Part shown: piece by piece, positions 9,217 to 17,874 of the stretch
How the letters are laid out: each line of letters opens with the position of its first letter
How positions within the stretch are numbered: position 1 is the stretch's first letter
Source of the DNA: Verrucomicrobiota bacterium
GTDB taxonomy: Bacteria > Verrucomicrobiota > Verrucomicrobiia > Limisphaerales > JAXMHQ01
Length of the DNA stretch: 64,000 nucleotides
Assembly: GCA_046346665.1 (NCBI GenBank)
Contig: JAXMHQ010000030.1
Location: 747-64,746, forward strand
Direction of reading: 5' to 3'
Made by a program: the position numbers and the translations under genes
The notes under the pieces: model-generated
Database searches by the model: none
What the model saw: only the letters and a program-made list of their open reading frames with translations
What the model was told of the DNA's origin: nothing

Positions 9217-11030
9217 ATGCGTGAGGAATTTGAAAAATTGGCGGCAGCCGGAAAGATTGAGGGCCGGCACTTGGAACCGCTGGTGGTATTGACGACCAGC
9301 GGATTCTGCATGCACCGCAGCTGGGGGTTTGGACGCATTAAGACGGTGGACACGGTTTTTGCGCGGTTCACGATCGATTTTCAGAACAAGCCGGGTCACA
9401 CGATGGATTTGTCGTTTGCGGCGGAGTCGCTGAAGCCCATTCCCAAGGAACACATCCTGGCGCGGAAAGCCTCGGACTTGGAAGGGTTGCGTCAATTGGC
9501 GGCGACGAATCACCTGGAGCTGGTGAAGGTGGTGTTGAACAGCTACGGCGGGCACGCGACGATCGACCAGATCCAGCAGGTGCTGGTGCCGGAGGTGATC
9601 CGGGACGATTGGAAGAAGTGGTGGGAGGCGGCGAAGCGGGAGTTGAAGAAGGACGGTCATTTCCAGGTGCCGTTGAAGAAGACGGACCCGATTTTATTCC
9701 AGTCGCAGGAAGTGTCGTTGCAGGACCGGTTGATGGGGGATTTCCGGGCGGCGAAGGGGTTGAAGGCGCGCATCGGGGTGACGGCAGAGATTTTGAAGTG
9801 CGCGGCGGATTTGTCGGACAAGGCGGCCGTGGCCACCGAGGTCCTGGCCGCGCTGAACGGGGAGATTTCCAGTTACCAACGCACGCAACCCGCGGTCGCG
9901 CTGGAGGCGGTTTTCATGCGCGACGACATCCGGTCGATGGGTGGATTGCCGCCCGCGGAGGGCGAGGTGACGTCGCTGTCGATCTGGACGCAGGACGTGA
10001 AGCTGGGGCCGCTGATCGAGCTGCTGCCGGCCGCGAAGCATCGCCGGGCGCTGGAATCGTTCCGGGACGCGTTTCCGGATCGCTGGGCGGAGTCCGTGCG
10101 GCTGACGATGAACACGGTGAGTTCGAAGTCGTGCCGTGAATTTGCGGGGTTGCTGATCCAGGAAGGGAAGATTGCGGAGCTGAAGGAATCGCTGGCGCGT
10201 TTGATCAGCCAGCACACGGCGAGCAGCGAATTGTTGCTGTGGCTGGCGCGGGAGCGGACGGATGCGTTCGCGGACATTTTGGGGCCGGAGGTTTTCCGGG
10301 CGATGCTGACCGCGATGGAGCGGGATCAATTCAACGAGAAGCGCTCGAACCGGCTGCGGGAATATTTGCTGGACGACCAGGAACTGCTGCCGGAGCTGAC
10401 GGCTTCGGCGGAGCTGGAAGTGATCAAGGATTTGACGCGGGCGCTGCAGTTGTCGCCGGTGTTCGACGACATGGACAAGCGTTCGCTGCTGGCGCGGATT
10501 GTGAAGAGTCACCCGGCGGTGCAATCGCTGATCAGCGGCGACCAGACGAAGCAGGATTCGACGTTGATTGTTTCGTGGGAAAGCCTCGAGCGCCGGAAGA
10601 ACGAATACACCGAGCTGGTGCACAAGAAGATTCCGGCGAACTCGAAGGAAATCGCCGTGGCGCGGAGCTACGGGGATCTCCGGGAGAACCACGAATACAA
10701 GGCGGCGAAGGAAATGCAGAAGGTGTTGATGCGGCGCAAGGACGAGTTGGAAGGCCAGCTTGTGCGGGCGCGCGGCACGGATTTTACGAACGCGCGGACC
10801 GACGTGGTGAGCGTGGGCACGGTGGTGCAGGCGACGAGGACCTGGAAACCGGCCAGCGCGAGGGCTACACGATCCTGGGCGCCTGGGATTCCGATCCCGA
10901 CAAGGGCGTCGTGAGTTGTTGTCGCCGGTGGCGCAGTCGTTGTTGAATCGCAAGATCGGCGACGAAGTGGGAATTTGAACTTCACGGCGCGCGGCACCGG
11001 CATCGGATCGAGAGCATCGAAGCCTGGAAA
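9217..11030 (+). pseudogene. GreA/GreB-C-domain protein with long N-terminal extension; C-terminal domain split over three frames
   Basis: Frame 1 gives ...YGDLRENHEYKAAKE...VSVGTVVQA. Frame 0 continues DLETGQREGYTILGAWDSDPDKGVVS. Frame 2 gives LSPVAQSLLNRKIGDEV. Frame 0 gives EFELHGARHRHRIESIEAW. Together these rebuild a canonical GreA C-terminal domain. Confidence 0.65.
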
Positions 11031-11080
11031 ACCGGAAGCGGCTGCGCCCGCCCAAGCTCCCCGCGGAACCGCCGCAGGCC

Positions 11081-11196
11081 GTTTGAGAGTTTAAGAGTTT
11101 GGGGGTCTAGGAGTTTAAGAGTGGGAAGTCCGCGATCTGACGATCGCGGCTACGCGCAACAACTCCCAAACTCCTAAACTCCTAAACTCTTAAACT
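11081..11196. repeat. Nested palindrome: (GAGTTTA/TAAACTC)-type arms around a Family-F core
   Basis: Left arm GTTTGAGAGTTTAAGAGTTTGGGGGTCTAGGAGTTTAAGAGTGGG. Core TCCGCGATCTGACGATCGCGGCTACG. Right arm CAACTCCCAAACTCCTAAACTCCTAAACTCTTAAAC. Confidence 0.8.
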
Positions 11197-11200
11197 GTCT

Positions 11201-11677
11201 TCAGGGCTTTCCGCCGAAGCTCACGTAATCGTCCAGGTCCAGGAGATCGAACCACGTCGCGATGTCTTCGCGTTTCGGGCCGGATTTGGCGTGGATGTCG
11301 TTGAAATAGGCGCGCGATTCAGGATCAGTGGGGACGCGGAGTTCGGCCAGGGCGGTCCAGGAGGCGATTTCGGAATCGGTCCGTTTGAACCGCGCGTTGG
11401 ATTCGATCCAGGCGAGAATCTCCCCGTCGCTTTTTCCGGCGGCGAGTTCTTTCTTCATCGCTTCGGGGTCGATGCCGGTGAACTCGAGGAGGCGCTGGTC
11501 CATCGGGCAGGCGTAATGGTATTCGCCGTTTTTGCCGGCGATTGTGGCGCGGCCTTTGTCGAGCATGCGCGGCAGGGTGGCGTAGCCGCCAAGGCGGACG
11601 CGCGGGCTGCGAGGCGGATGCTGGGTGAGATCGGGATGGTGGAGAGTCATAATTGGATTGTGTTCAGATGGGTTCAT
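11201..11677 (-). CDS. DUF5069-like protein
   Basis: PRSPRVRLGGYATLPRMLDKGRA... signature and normal composition. An alternative start exists at 11650. Confidence 0.6.
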   Translation of the reverse strand: MNPSEHNPIMTLHHPDLTQHPPRSPRVRLGGYATLPRMLDKGRATIAGKNGEYHYACPMDQRLLEFTGIDPEAMKKELAAGKSDGEILAWIESNARFKRTDSEIASWTALAELRVPTDPESRAYFNDIHAKSGPKREDIATWFDLLDLDDYVSFGGKP

Positions 11678-11767
11678 TCCCGGCGCCAGTTCTCTTCGCG
11701 CCGGCAGTTCGTCAGCTCACAGTGCAGCAGGAATTGCCGAGGAAATGCAAATCCCGCAGTTGAGAGC

Positions 11768-11897
11768 GGATTGATGGATTTTTGGATTTATGGATAAATG
11801 GGGGGACAGACGCGCGCAGTCGCAGCAATCCATAATCCATTGAGCATCAATAATCCCGCACTTTCTGTCGGGGCTCACGACGGAGTCTCGCCCCACC
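11768..11897. repeat. Family-G hairpin followed by a Family-C half-module
   Basis: GATTGATGGATTTTTGGATTTATGGATAAATGGGGGG...AATCCATAATCCATTG, then GGGGCTCACGACGGAGTCTCGCCCCACC. Confidence 0.75.
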
Positions 11898-11930
11898 TTT
11901 AGGCTGGGGTTGTGACGCGGTGATGTTCAG

Positions 11931-13298
11931 GTGGTTTGGGTGGCGATGGCGGTGTTGGGTGCCGGCCTGGTTTCGGGCCGGGGCGGGGTGGAAATCTGGA
12001 TCACTCCGGCGGGGAACGGCGGCGGGAGCGGGACATGCGCGGATCCATTCAGTGCGCCGGACGCGGACGGTTTCTTCAATCTGATTCACGATCAGCGGGT
12101 GGTGAACGGGACGAATTACGTCATTCCGCCCGCATCCGGTTCTGCATTTGATGCCGGGTAAATTCACGGTCGGGACGGGGAAAGGTGCGCGGGCATCAGC
12201 GGTATTGTTTGACGCTGAAGAACAATTGGAAAGTGCGCGGGGCGGGGATGGATGTGACGGTGCTGCGGTTGCAGGATCATGTGGCGGGGCCGGCCCGGGG
12301 CAGCGCGGCGGCTGGAGATGATTCGTGGCGGCGGCAGCTCGCCGGGGGACGCGGCGGACTGGCCGGTGGACGGCGCGGAGATTTCGGACCTGACGGTCGA
12401 CTGCAATTTGCAGAACCAGTCGAATCTGTGTGTGGACGGCGTGACGCCGGCGGGCTCGCGGAACCGGGTGAGCCGGGTTCGGGCGATCAACTGGGGGACG
12501 ACGAGTACGGATGAATGTTTCGTGTTCAGCGTGGGATCGCACTGGCGGGTGCGGCCGGAGGGATATCACGAGGGCGTGATCGAGGATTGCGTGGCCGACA
12601 AGCCGGCGCCGATCGTGCACAAGGACGGGACCAGCGCGTTCATGCTGTCGGGGAACGGTCCGTGGGAGGGCGGCAAGGTGGGGACGGCGGACCGGGATGC
12701 GGGCGGCTGGGTGTTGCGGAACTGTTCGGTGCGCGATGTGACGACGGGGCGCGGGCCGGGCCAGCCGCATGGCTTCCATGCGTTCGGCGCCGTGGGCCGC
12801 GGGTGCGACATCGTCGGGAATTTTGCATTGAACGTCACCGGCAAAACCGGCGGTGAAGCGTCCGCGATCTATTGCGATTCCTTCGACGACCAGGACATCA
12901 CGATCCGGGACAACACGCTGATGAACGTGAATTTCGGGATTTCCTACAATTACTCCGCGAACAACCTCACGAACCTGGTGATCCGGGACAATCTGATCAC
13001 GGTCTCGAACGGCGGCGTGGGCATCTATCTTTACAACGTGGATGACCCGACGCTGAGCCATGTGATGCGCGGGGTGTTGATTTCCGGCAACCGGGTGTAT
13101 CCGCATCACACGGGCGCATCCTGTGAGGCGTTGATCATGCGCGGGGCGATCGAGGCGGTGGTGCAGGATAATTTGCTGGACGGCGGGGCGCCGCCGAAAG
13201 GGCGGGCGGCGGTGATCCCGGAGGTTTACCGGCCGAAGCTGCAGGTGTTTTCGTTCCAGAACAACCGGAACCTGGCGGGGCAATTGATTCAGCCTTAA
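11931..13298 (+). pseudogene. Secreted right-handed beta-helix (pectate-lyase-fold) protein, N-terminal part frameshifted
   Basis: Signal-like MVWVAMAVLGAGLVSG in frame 0. Plausible continuation VLHLMPGKFTVGTGKG in frame 1. LTLKNNWKVRGAGMDVTVLRLQD in frame 2. Then a long frame-0 ORF (12279..13298) with repeated IRDN/ISGN beta-helix rungs. Confidence 0.6.
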
Positions 13299-13391
13299 CC
13301 ACGGATGTAAACGGATAAACACGGATTGAACCCCTGCCAGCCCTCGATTCTGCCTATTTCCATCCGTGTTGATCCGTGTCTATCCGTGGTT
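13297..13391. repeat. Family-B inverted pair (hairpin) at a gene 3' end
   Basis: AACCACGGATGTAAACGGATAAACACGGATT ... CATCCGTGTTGATCCGTGTCTATCCGTGGTT. The stop codon TAA at 13296-13298 lies in the left arm. Confidence 0.85.
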
Positions 13392-13427
13392 GAAAGGAAT
13401 GGTTCCGGCCCGAGGTTAAAATGAGGC

Positions 13428-13455
13428 TTGTCTTGCGCCGGGCACATGCTAAGTT
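13428..13455 (+). promoter_or_regulatory. Candidate sigma70-type promoter of rpmE
   Basis: TTGTCT, 16-nt spacer, TAAGTT, ending 13 nt before the rpmE ATG. Confidence 0.35.
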
Positions 13456-13467
13456 TTCCGGCCTTTT

Positions 13468-13710
13468 ATGAAAGAGAATGTGCATCCGAAGTATGTGGAC
13501 GCTGAGATCCGTTGCGCTTGCGGCAACGTGATCAAGACCCGTTCCACCAAGCCGACCGTCATCGTCGGCATCTGCAATGTCTGTCATCCGTTTTACACCG
13601 GGCAGCAGAAGTTCGTGGACACGGCGGGCCGCGTGGACAAGTTCCAGCAGCGCCTGGCGAAGACGCAGGCCGCCCAGGCTGCGCAGGCCGCGAAGAAGAA
13701 GAAGAAATAG
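13468..13710 (+). CDS. rpmE: 50S ribosomal protein L31
   Basis: MKENVHPKY...[21 protein letters not shown], a canonical L31 sequence. Confidence 0.9.
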   Translation: MKENVHPKYVDAEIRCACGNVIKTRSTKPTVIVGICNVCHPFYTGQQKFVDTAGRVDKFQQRLAKTQAAQAAQAAKKKKK

Positions 13711-13724
13711 CTTTTCCGCATTAT

Positions 13725-13771
13725 CCGCCCGCCCGCCCGCATCATCGCAGGCAGGCGGGCGGTCTTGTTTT
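13725..13771 (+). terminator. Possible intrinsic terminator after rpmE
   Basis: CCGCCCGCC ... GGCGGGCGG stem followed by TCTTGTTTT. Confidence 0.4.
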
Positions 13772-13785
13772 GCGGGTGCCGTCGC

Positions 13786-14865
13786 ATGGACCTGACCCCC
13801 CATATCGAGCGATTCTGCCGCCGTTTCGCGGAAATCGAGGCCGCTTTGAGCGATCCCAAGGCCTTCGACAACCCGGCCCGCGCGCAGGAGTTGTCGCGCG
13901 AATATTCCCGTTCGAAGGAACTGGTCGGGCACGGCGAGGCTTACCGGAAAGTGGTGGCAGACCTGGCGGAAAACCGCCGGATGCTCGAGTCGGAGCCGGC
14001 CGGATCCGAACTGGCCCAGATGGCCGCCGAGGAAGTGGCGCGGCTTGAATCGGAGGAACGCCGCCTCGCCCTGGAAATCCAGCGCGGCATTCTCCCGGCC
14101 GACCCGGCGGATTCGCGGAACACGATCGTGGAAATCCGCGCGGGGGCGGGCGGGCAGGAGTCGGCGTTGTTTTCGGCGGATCTTTTCCGGATGTACACGC
14201 ATTACGCCGAGTCGCGCGGCTGGAAATTCGAGAGCCTGGATTCCAGCGCCTCCGACCTGGGCGGCTACAAGGAAATCATTTTCCAGATCAACGGGACCGA
14301 CGTTTACAAGCGATTGAAGTACGAGAGCGGGGTTCACCGGGTGCAGCGGGTGCCGGCGACGGAGTCGCAGGGGCGGATTCACACCAGCACCTGCACGGTG
14401 GCGGTGCTGCCCGAGGCGCAGGAGGTGGACATCGAGATCAAGCAGGAGGATTTGGAGATCAACGTCTGCCGGGCGTCCGGGCATGGCGGCCAGGGCGTGA
14501 ACACCACGGATTCCGCGGTGCGCATCGTTCACAAGCCGACCGGCATCGAGGTGCGCTGCCAGGACCAGCGTTCGCAGATCAAGAACAAGGCGCAGGCGAT
14601 GAAGGTGCTGAGGTCGCGGTTGCTCGAGCGGAAGGTGAGCGAGGAAAACGCCAAGTACGCCGCGCAACGCAAGGAACAGGTCGGCACCGGCGAACGCAAC
14701 GAACGCATTCGCACCTACAATTTCCCCCAGAACCGCGTGACCGATCACCGGATCGAACTCACACTCTACAACCTGCCGGTCGTGATGGAAGGCGAACTCG
14801 ATCCGATCATCGATCCGCTGATGAACCACGATCTCGAGGAGAAATTGAAGGCGCTCGAAGTATGA
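13786..14865 (+). CDS. prfA: Peptide chain release factor 1
   Basis: PAT tripeptide (VPATESQGRIHTS) and GGQ motif (SGHGGQGVNTTDSAVR). ATG at 13786 preferred over the track start at 13765. Confidence 0.9.
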   Translation: MDLTPHIERFCRRFAEIEAALSDPKAFDNPARAQELSREYSRSKELVGHGEAYRKVVADLAENRRMLESEPAGSELAQMAAEEVARLESEERRLALEIQRGILPADPADSRNTIVEIRAGAGGQESALFSADLFRMYTHYAESRGWKFESLDSSASDLGGYKEIIFQINGTDVYKRLKYESGVHRVQRVPATESQGRIHTSTCTVAVLPEAQEVDIEIKQEDLEINVCRASGHGGQGVNTTDSAVRIVHKPTGIEVRCQDQRSQIKNKAQAMKVLRSRLLERKVSEENAKYAAQRKEQVGTGERNERIRTYNFPQNRVTDHRIELTLYNLPVVMEGELDPIIDPLMNHDLEEKLKALEV

Positions 14866-14976
14866 GTTGCAGGTTGCAGGTTGCAGGTTGCAGGTTTGGC
14901 CAGGACCCGCGCTTCGACAAACCGCACCGCATTTCAAACTCGTCTGTTTTTTAACCCTGCAACCTGCAACCTGCAA
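14866..14976. repeat. (GTTGCAG)4 / (CTGCAAC)3 heptamer-array hairpin
   Basis: GTTGCAGGTTGCAGGTTGCAGGTTGCAGG at 14866-14894 is complementary to CCCTGCAACCTGCAACCTGCAA at 14955-14976. The loop is about 60 nt and contains a T6 run. Confidence 0.85.
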
Positions 14977-14992
14977 TTTGAGACCTGCGAGC

Positions 14993-15559
14993 ATGATTAA
15001 AGGCCTGATATTCGACTGCGACGGCACGCTGGCGGACACGATGCCGCTGCATTGGCGGGCGTGGCAGATGGTGACGGCGCGGCACGGATTGCATTTTCCC
15101 GAGGACCGGTTTTACGCGCTGGGCGGGGTGCCGTCGCGCGACATTCTCAAAATGCTCGCGACGGAGCAGGGGCGGTCGCTGGATCATATCGCCATCGCGC
15201 ACGAGAAGGAGGAGCTTTACCTGCCGCTGCTGTCGCAGGCGGAGCCGATCCATGCCGTGGTGGAGATCGCGCGATCCAATTACGGCAAGCTGCCGCTGGC
15301 GGTGGCGTCGGGCGGCACGCAGGCGATCATCTGCCAGGTGCTGGATCATTTGAAGATCCGGAATTTGTTCGACGCGGTGGTGACGAACGAGATGGTGAAG
15401 AACCAGAAGCCGGCCCCGGACATTTTCCTGGAGGCGGCGCGCCGGATCGGGGTGGAGCCGCGGTTTTGCCGGGCTTACGAGGATACCGAGCTGGGATTGC
15501 AGGCGATCCGGTCGGCGGGGATGGAGGCGGTGGATGTGAGGAACTTGGTTAAGATTTAA
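14993..15559 (+). CDS. HAD-superfamily hydrolase (beta-phosphoglucomutase-like)
   Basis: MIKGLIFDCDGTLADT (DxDGT motif), ...VASGG..., ...KPAPDIFL.... The stop codon TAA lies inside a Family-D heptamer array. Confidence 0.8.
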   Translation: MIKGLIFDCDGTLADTMPLHWRAWQMVTARHGLHFPEDRFYALGGVPSRDILKMLATEQGRSLDHIAIAHEKEELYLPLLSQAEPIHAVVEIARSNYGKLPLAVASGGTQAIICQVLDHLKIRNLFDAVVTNEMVKNQKPAPDIFLEAARRIGVEPRFCRAYEDTELGLQAIRSAGMEAVDVRNLVKI

Positions 15560-16031
15560 GATTTGAGATTTGAGATTTGAGATTCGAAGGCGGGCTGTCA
15601 TCCTTTTTAGCCTGCTCATATTTTCGCCTGGAGGCCGCTGTCAGGTGCCTCGGTCCGCAGATATTCGAGTTCTGCAACGAATCAGCCCAGGCGCGCAATT
15701 GGCGCGAGCAGCTTTCAGCGGAGGATTTCAAGTTTGAAATCTCGGATTTAAGATCGGCAGCCCACGGGCGCCGATGGAGTAAGCAGAGCATGGAACGCAC
15801 TTCACCAGCGGAACCGCGGGCGATATAGATGAATTGCAGCAGTTCTTTGGTGGTACCTCGCTCAAACCCCTCGGCAATATTGTTCGAGACGGAAAGGACG
15901 GCGCGCTCCAATTGGTCCCGAAACGAGGCGCGCAGGCGCGGAGGTGCCCGCTGCAGTAGTTCGTCGGTTTGTCCAAAAAGTGTTTCCGCCTTTTGCCATA
16001 CGGGCAAATCTTCGAATCGTTGATAGGTCAT
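15549..16031 (-). CDS. Four-helix-bundle protein (23S rRNA intervening-sequence / Avd-like family)
   Basis: MTYQRFEDLPVWQKA...SVSNNIAEGFERGT.KE..QFIYIARGSAGEVRS, the family signature. Contains an internal [10 protein letters not shown] and a C-terminal SNLKSQISNLKS, both encoded by heptamer arrays. Confidence 0.75.
   Translation of the reverse strand: MTYQRFEDLPVWQKAETLFGQTDELLQRAPPRLRASFRDQLERAVLSVSNNIAEGFERGTTKELLQFIYIARGSAGEVRSMLCLLHRRPWAADLKSEISNLKSSAESCSRQLRAWADSLQNSNICGPRHLTAASRRKYEQAKKDDSPPSNLKSQISNLKS
15551..15586. repeat. Family-D heptanucleotide array (GATTTGA orientation on + strand)
   Basis: AAGATTTAAGATTTGAGATTTGAGATTTGAGATTCG. Overlaps the ends of both convergent genes. Confidence 0.9.
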
Positions 16032-16112
16032 GCCGTTCCCTTTCTTCCCCATATCCCAGGCATATCACCCAAACCTGCCTGCTCTTGGAGTCGCACGAGT
16101 ATTCTCTGCCTC

Positions 16113-16146
16113 CAATCTCAAATCTCAAATCTGAAATCTCAAATCT
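16113..16146. repeat. Family-D heptanucleotide array (TCAAATC orientation on + strand)
   Basis: CAATCTCAAATCTCAAATCTGAAATCTCAAATCT, directly downstream of the proC stop. Confidence 0.9.
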
Positions 16147-16150
16147 TTCC

Positions 16151-16969
16151 CTACCCGGATTGCCCCAGTTTTCGGGATTTCTCCGCGGCAGCCCGCACGG
16201 CGCTCATGGCGGTGGCGCGCAGCTTCCCTTTTTCCAGCTCGTGCAGTCCTTCAATCGTGGTCCCGCCGGGGCTGGTGACCATGTCCTTCAGCGCGCCCGG
16301 GTGCAGCCCGGTGTCCAGCACCATCTTGGCGGCGCCTAACACTGTTTGGGCGGCCAGTCGCGTGGCGACGTCGCGGGGCAATCCGGCGGCGACACCGCCG
16401 TCGCTGAGGCCTTCGATGAAGAGATACACGTAGGCGGGGCCGCTGCCGCTGAGGCCGGTGACGGCGTCGAGGAGCGATTCCTTGACGGCGAAGGCGGTGC
16501 CGACGGAGGAGAACAGGGTTTGGGCGAGCTGTCCGTCGGCGGGGGTGGCGGACATGTTGAGCGCATAAGCGCTGGCCGAGGCGCCGACGAGCGCCGGGGT
16601 GTTGGGCATCACGCGGATCAGCCGGGTGCCGTCGCCCAGGACGGATTCCAGCCGGGCCAGCGTGACGCCGGCGGCGATGGAAATGACGAGGTGTTTCTCC
16701 GTGAGATGCGACCGGATTTCGGACAGGACGGCGGTGGTCTGGTCGGGTTTGACCGCCAGGAAGATCACCTGGGAACCTTGAATGACCTCGGGATTGTACG
16801 CGGTGGTTTTGGCGCCGACTTCCTTCGCGAACGATTCGCAGGCGGATTCGCTGACGTCGCCGGCGATGATTTGTTTGGGGGTGACAATGCCGGCCTTGAC
16901 GAAGCCGCGGGCGAGGGCGGTGGCCATTTTGCCGGCGCCAAGAAATCCGATGGTCAATTTGGAAGCCAT
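16151..16969 (-). CDS. proC: Pyrroline-5-carboxylate reductase
   Basis: MASKLTIGFLGAGKMATALARG Rossmann N-terminus and a C-terminal GGTTIEGLHELEKG motif. The track ORF extends upstream into repeat sequence, so ATG 16969 was chosen. Confidence 0.85.
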   Translation of the reverse strand: MASKLTIGFLGAGKMATALARGFVKAGIVTPKQIIAGDVSESACESFAKEVGAKTTAYNPEVIQGSQVIFLAVKPDQTTAVLSEIRSHLTEKHLVISIAAGVTLARLESVLGDGTRLIRVMPNTPALVGASASAYALNMSATPADGQLAQTLFSSVGTAFAVKESLLDAVTGLSGSGPAYVYLFIEGLSDGGVAAGLPRDVATRLAAQTVLGAAKMVLDTGLHPGALKDMVTSPGGTTIEGLHELEKGKLRATAMSAVRAAAEKSRKLGQSG

Positions 16970-17012
16970 GGACGCGGTTATAACAAGTCGAAGGAAACTG
17001 CAAAAGACTTTT

Positions 17013-17260
17013 AACCACGGATGGACACGGATGGACACGGATAGGGGACGAAGACCTGGACGCGAATTGACGCGAATACTGGGAGGGCCGGCGTCCTCGC
17101 CGGCCCAAACATCCGTTTGACATGGCAAATCCGTCGGAACCCCGAGCGGAACAACTCAGATGGGGACGGCGAGGACGCCGTCCCTCCCAGAGAATTAGCG
17201 GCAATTCGCGTTAATTCGCGTCAAAGTCTTATCCGTGTTCATCCGTGTCCATCCGTGGTT
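17013..17260. repeat. Nested palindrome B - L - A ... A' - L' - B'
   Basis: AACCACGGATGGACACGGATGGACACGGAT (17013) pairs with ATCCGTGTTCATCCGTGTCCATCCGTGGTT (17231). GACGCGAATTGACGCGAAT pairs with ATTCGCGTTAATTCGCGTC. GGGAGGGCCGGCGTCCTCGCCGGCCC (17081) pairs with GGGGACGGCGAGGACGCCGTCCCTCCC (17162). Confidence 0.9.
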
Positions 17261-17307
17261 AAATTTAAACAAAACGAAACGCGGCCAGCGTCCTCTAATT
17301 GACCGAG

Positions 17308-17874
17308 ATGCCGGACGAATCCGAACTGGAGCGGTTGTATGACGAACACGCGCAGGCGTTGTTCGGGTTCCTGCTGAATTTGACGAGGGACGAGGCGGAC
17401 GCGCGGGATGCGTTGCAGGAGGTGTTTGTGAAACTGGCTCGGCAACCGGGATTGCTGAAAGGAGTAAGGGAGCCGCGGGCGTTCCTGATCCGAATGGCGC
17501 ATGGCGCGGCGATCGACGCGATGCGCCGCCGCGGCGTGCGGGAGAAATACCACGAACAATTCAGAGCCGAACAGGCCGGCATGTTTGCGCCTGCTGAAGA
17601 CCCGGATGCCCAGGCGTTCCGGGATTCGGTCTCCGCCGCCATGGGCGAGCTGCCGCCGGAACAAAGGGCGGTTCTTCATCTGAAACTCTGGGAGCGGCTG
17701 ACGTTCGAACAGATCGCGGAGGTCCTGGAAATCTCCCCAAACACCGCGGCCAGCCGGTATCGGTACGGGCTAGACAAATTGCGGTCGCAGTTGCGTCCAC
17801 TTTATGACGAGATCACGGCCTTGAAATCTCAAATCTCAAATTTCAAATCTCAGATCAAAGGAAGCAAGGCATGA
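17308..17874 (+). CDS. ECF-type RNA polymerase sigma-70 family factor
   Basis: Region 2 DARDALQEVFVKL and region 4 LTFEQIAEVLEISPNTAASRYRYGLDKLR. The C-terminal tail ALKSQISNFKSQIKGSKA is encoded by a Family-D array. A TTG alternative start exists at 17299. Confidence 0.8.
   Translation: MPDESELERLYDEHAQALFGFLLNLTRDEADARDALQEVFVKLARQPGLLKGVREPRAFLIRMAHGAAIDAMRRRGVREKYHEQFRAEQAGMFAPAEDPDAQAFRDSVSAAMGELPPEQRAVLHLKLWERLTFEQIAEVLEISPNTAASRYRYGLDKLRSQLRPLYDEITALKSQISNFKSQIKGSKA
17821..17856. repeat. Family-D heptanucleotide array inside the sigma-factor 3' end
   Basis: TTGAAATCTCAAATCTCAAATTTCAAATCTCAGATC. Confidence 0.9.

Noticed and set aside
13765-14865. Programmed +1 frameshift as in prfB
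   Set aside because: The gene has the RF1 PAT motif, not the RF2 SPF motif, and is a single uninterrupted frame. No frameshift site is needed.
15549-16031. Four-helix-bundle gene as part of a diversity-generating retroelement
   Set aside because: No reverse transcriptase ORF and no template/variable repeat pair with adenine-specific differences is visible anywhere in the 64 kb. It is treated as an orphan family member.
15551-16146. Tandem short repeats as a possible CRISPR array
   Set aside because: The repeat unit is 7 nt and contiguous, with no unique spacers of 25-40 nt, and no cas genes are in the window. These are microsatellite-like arrays, not CRISPR.
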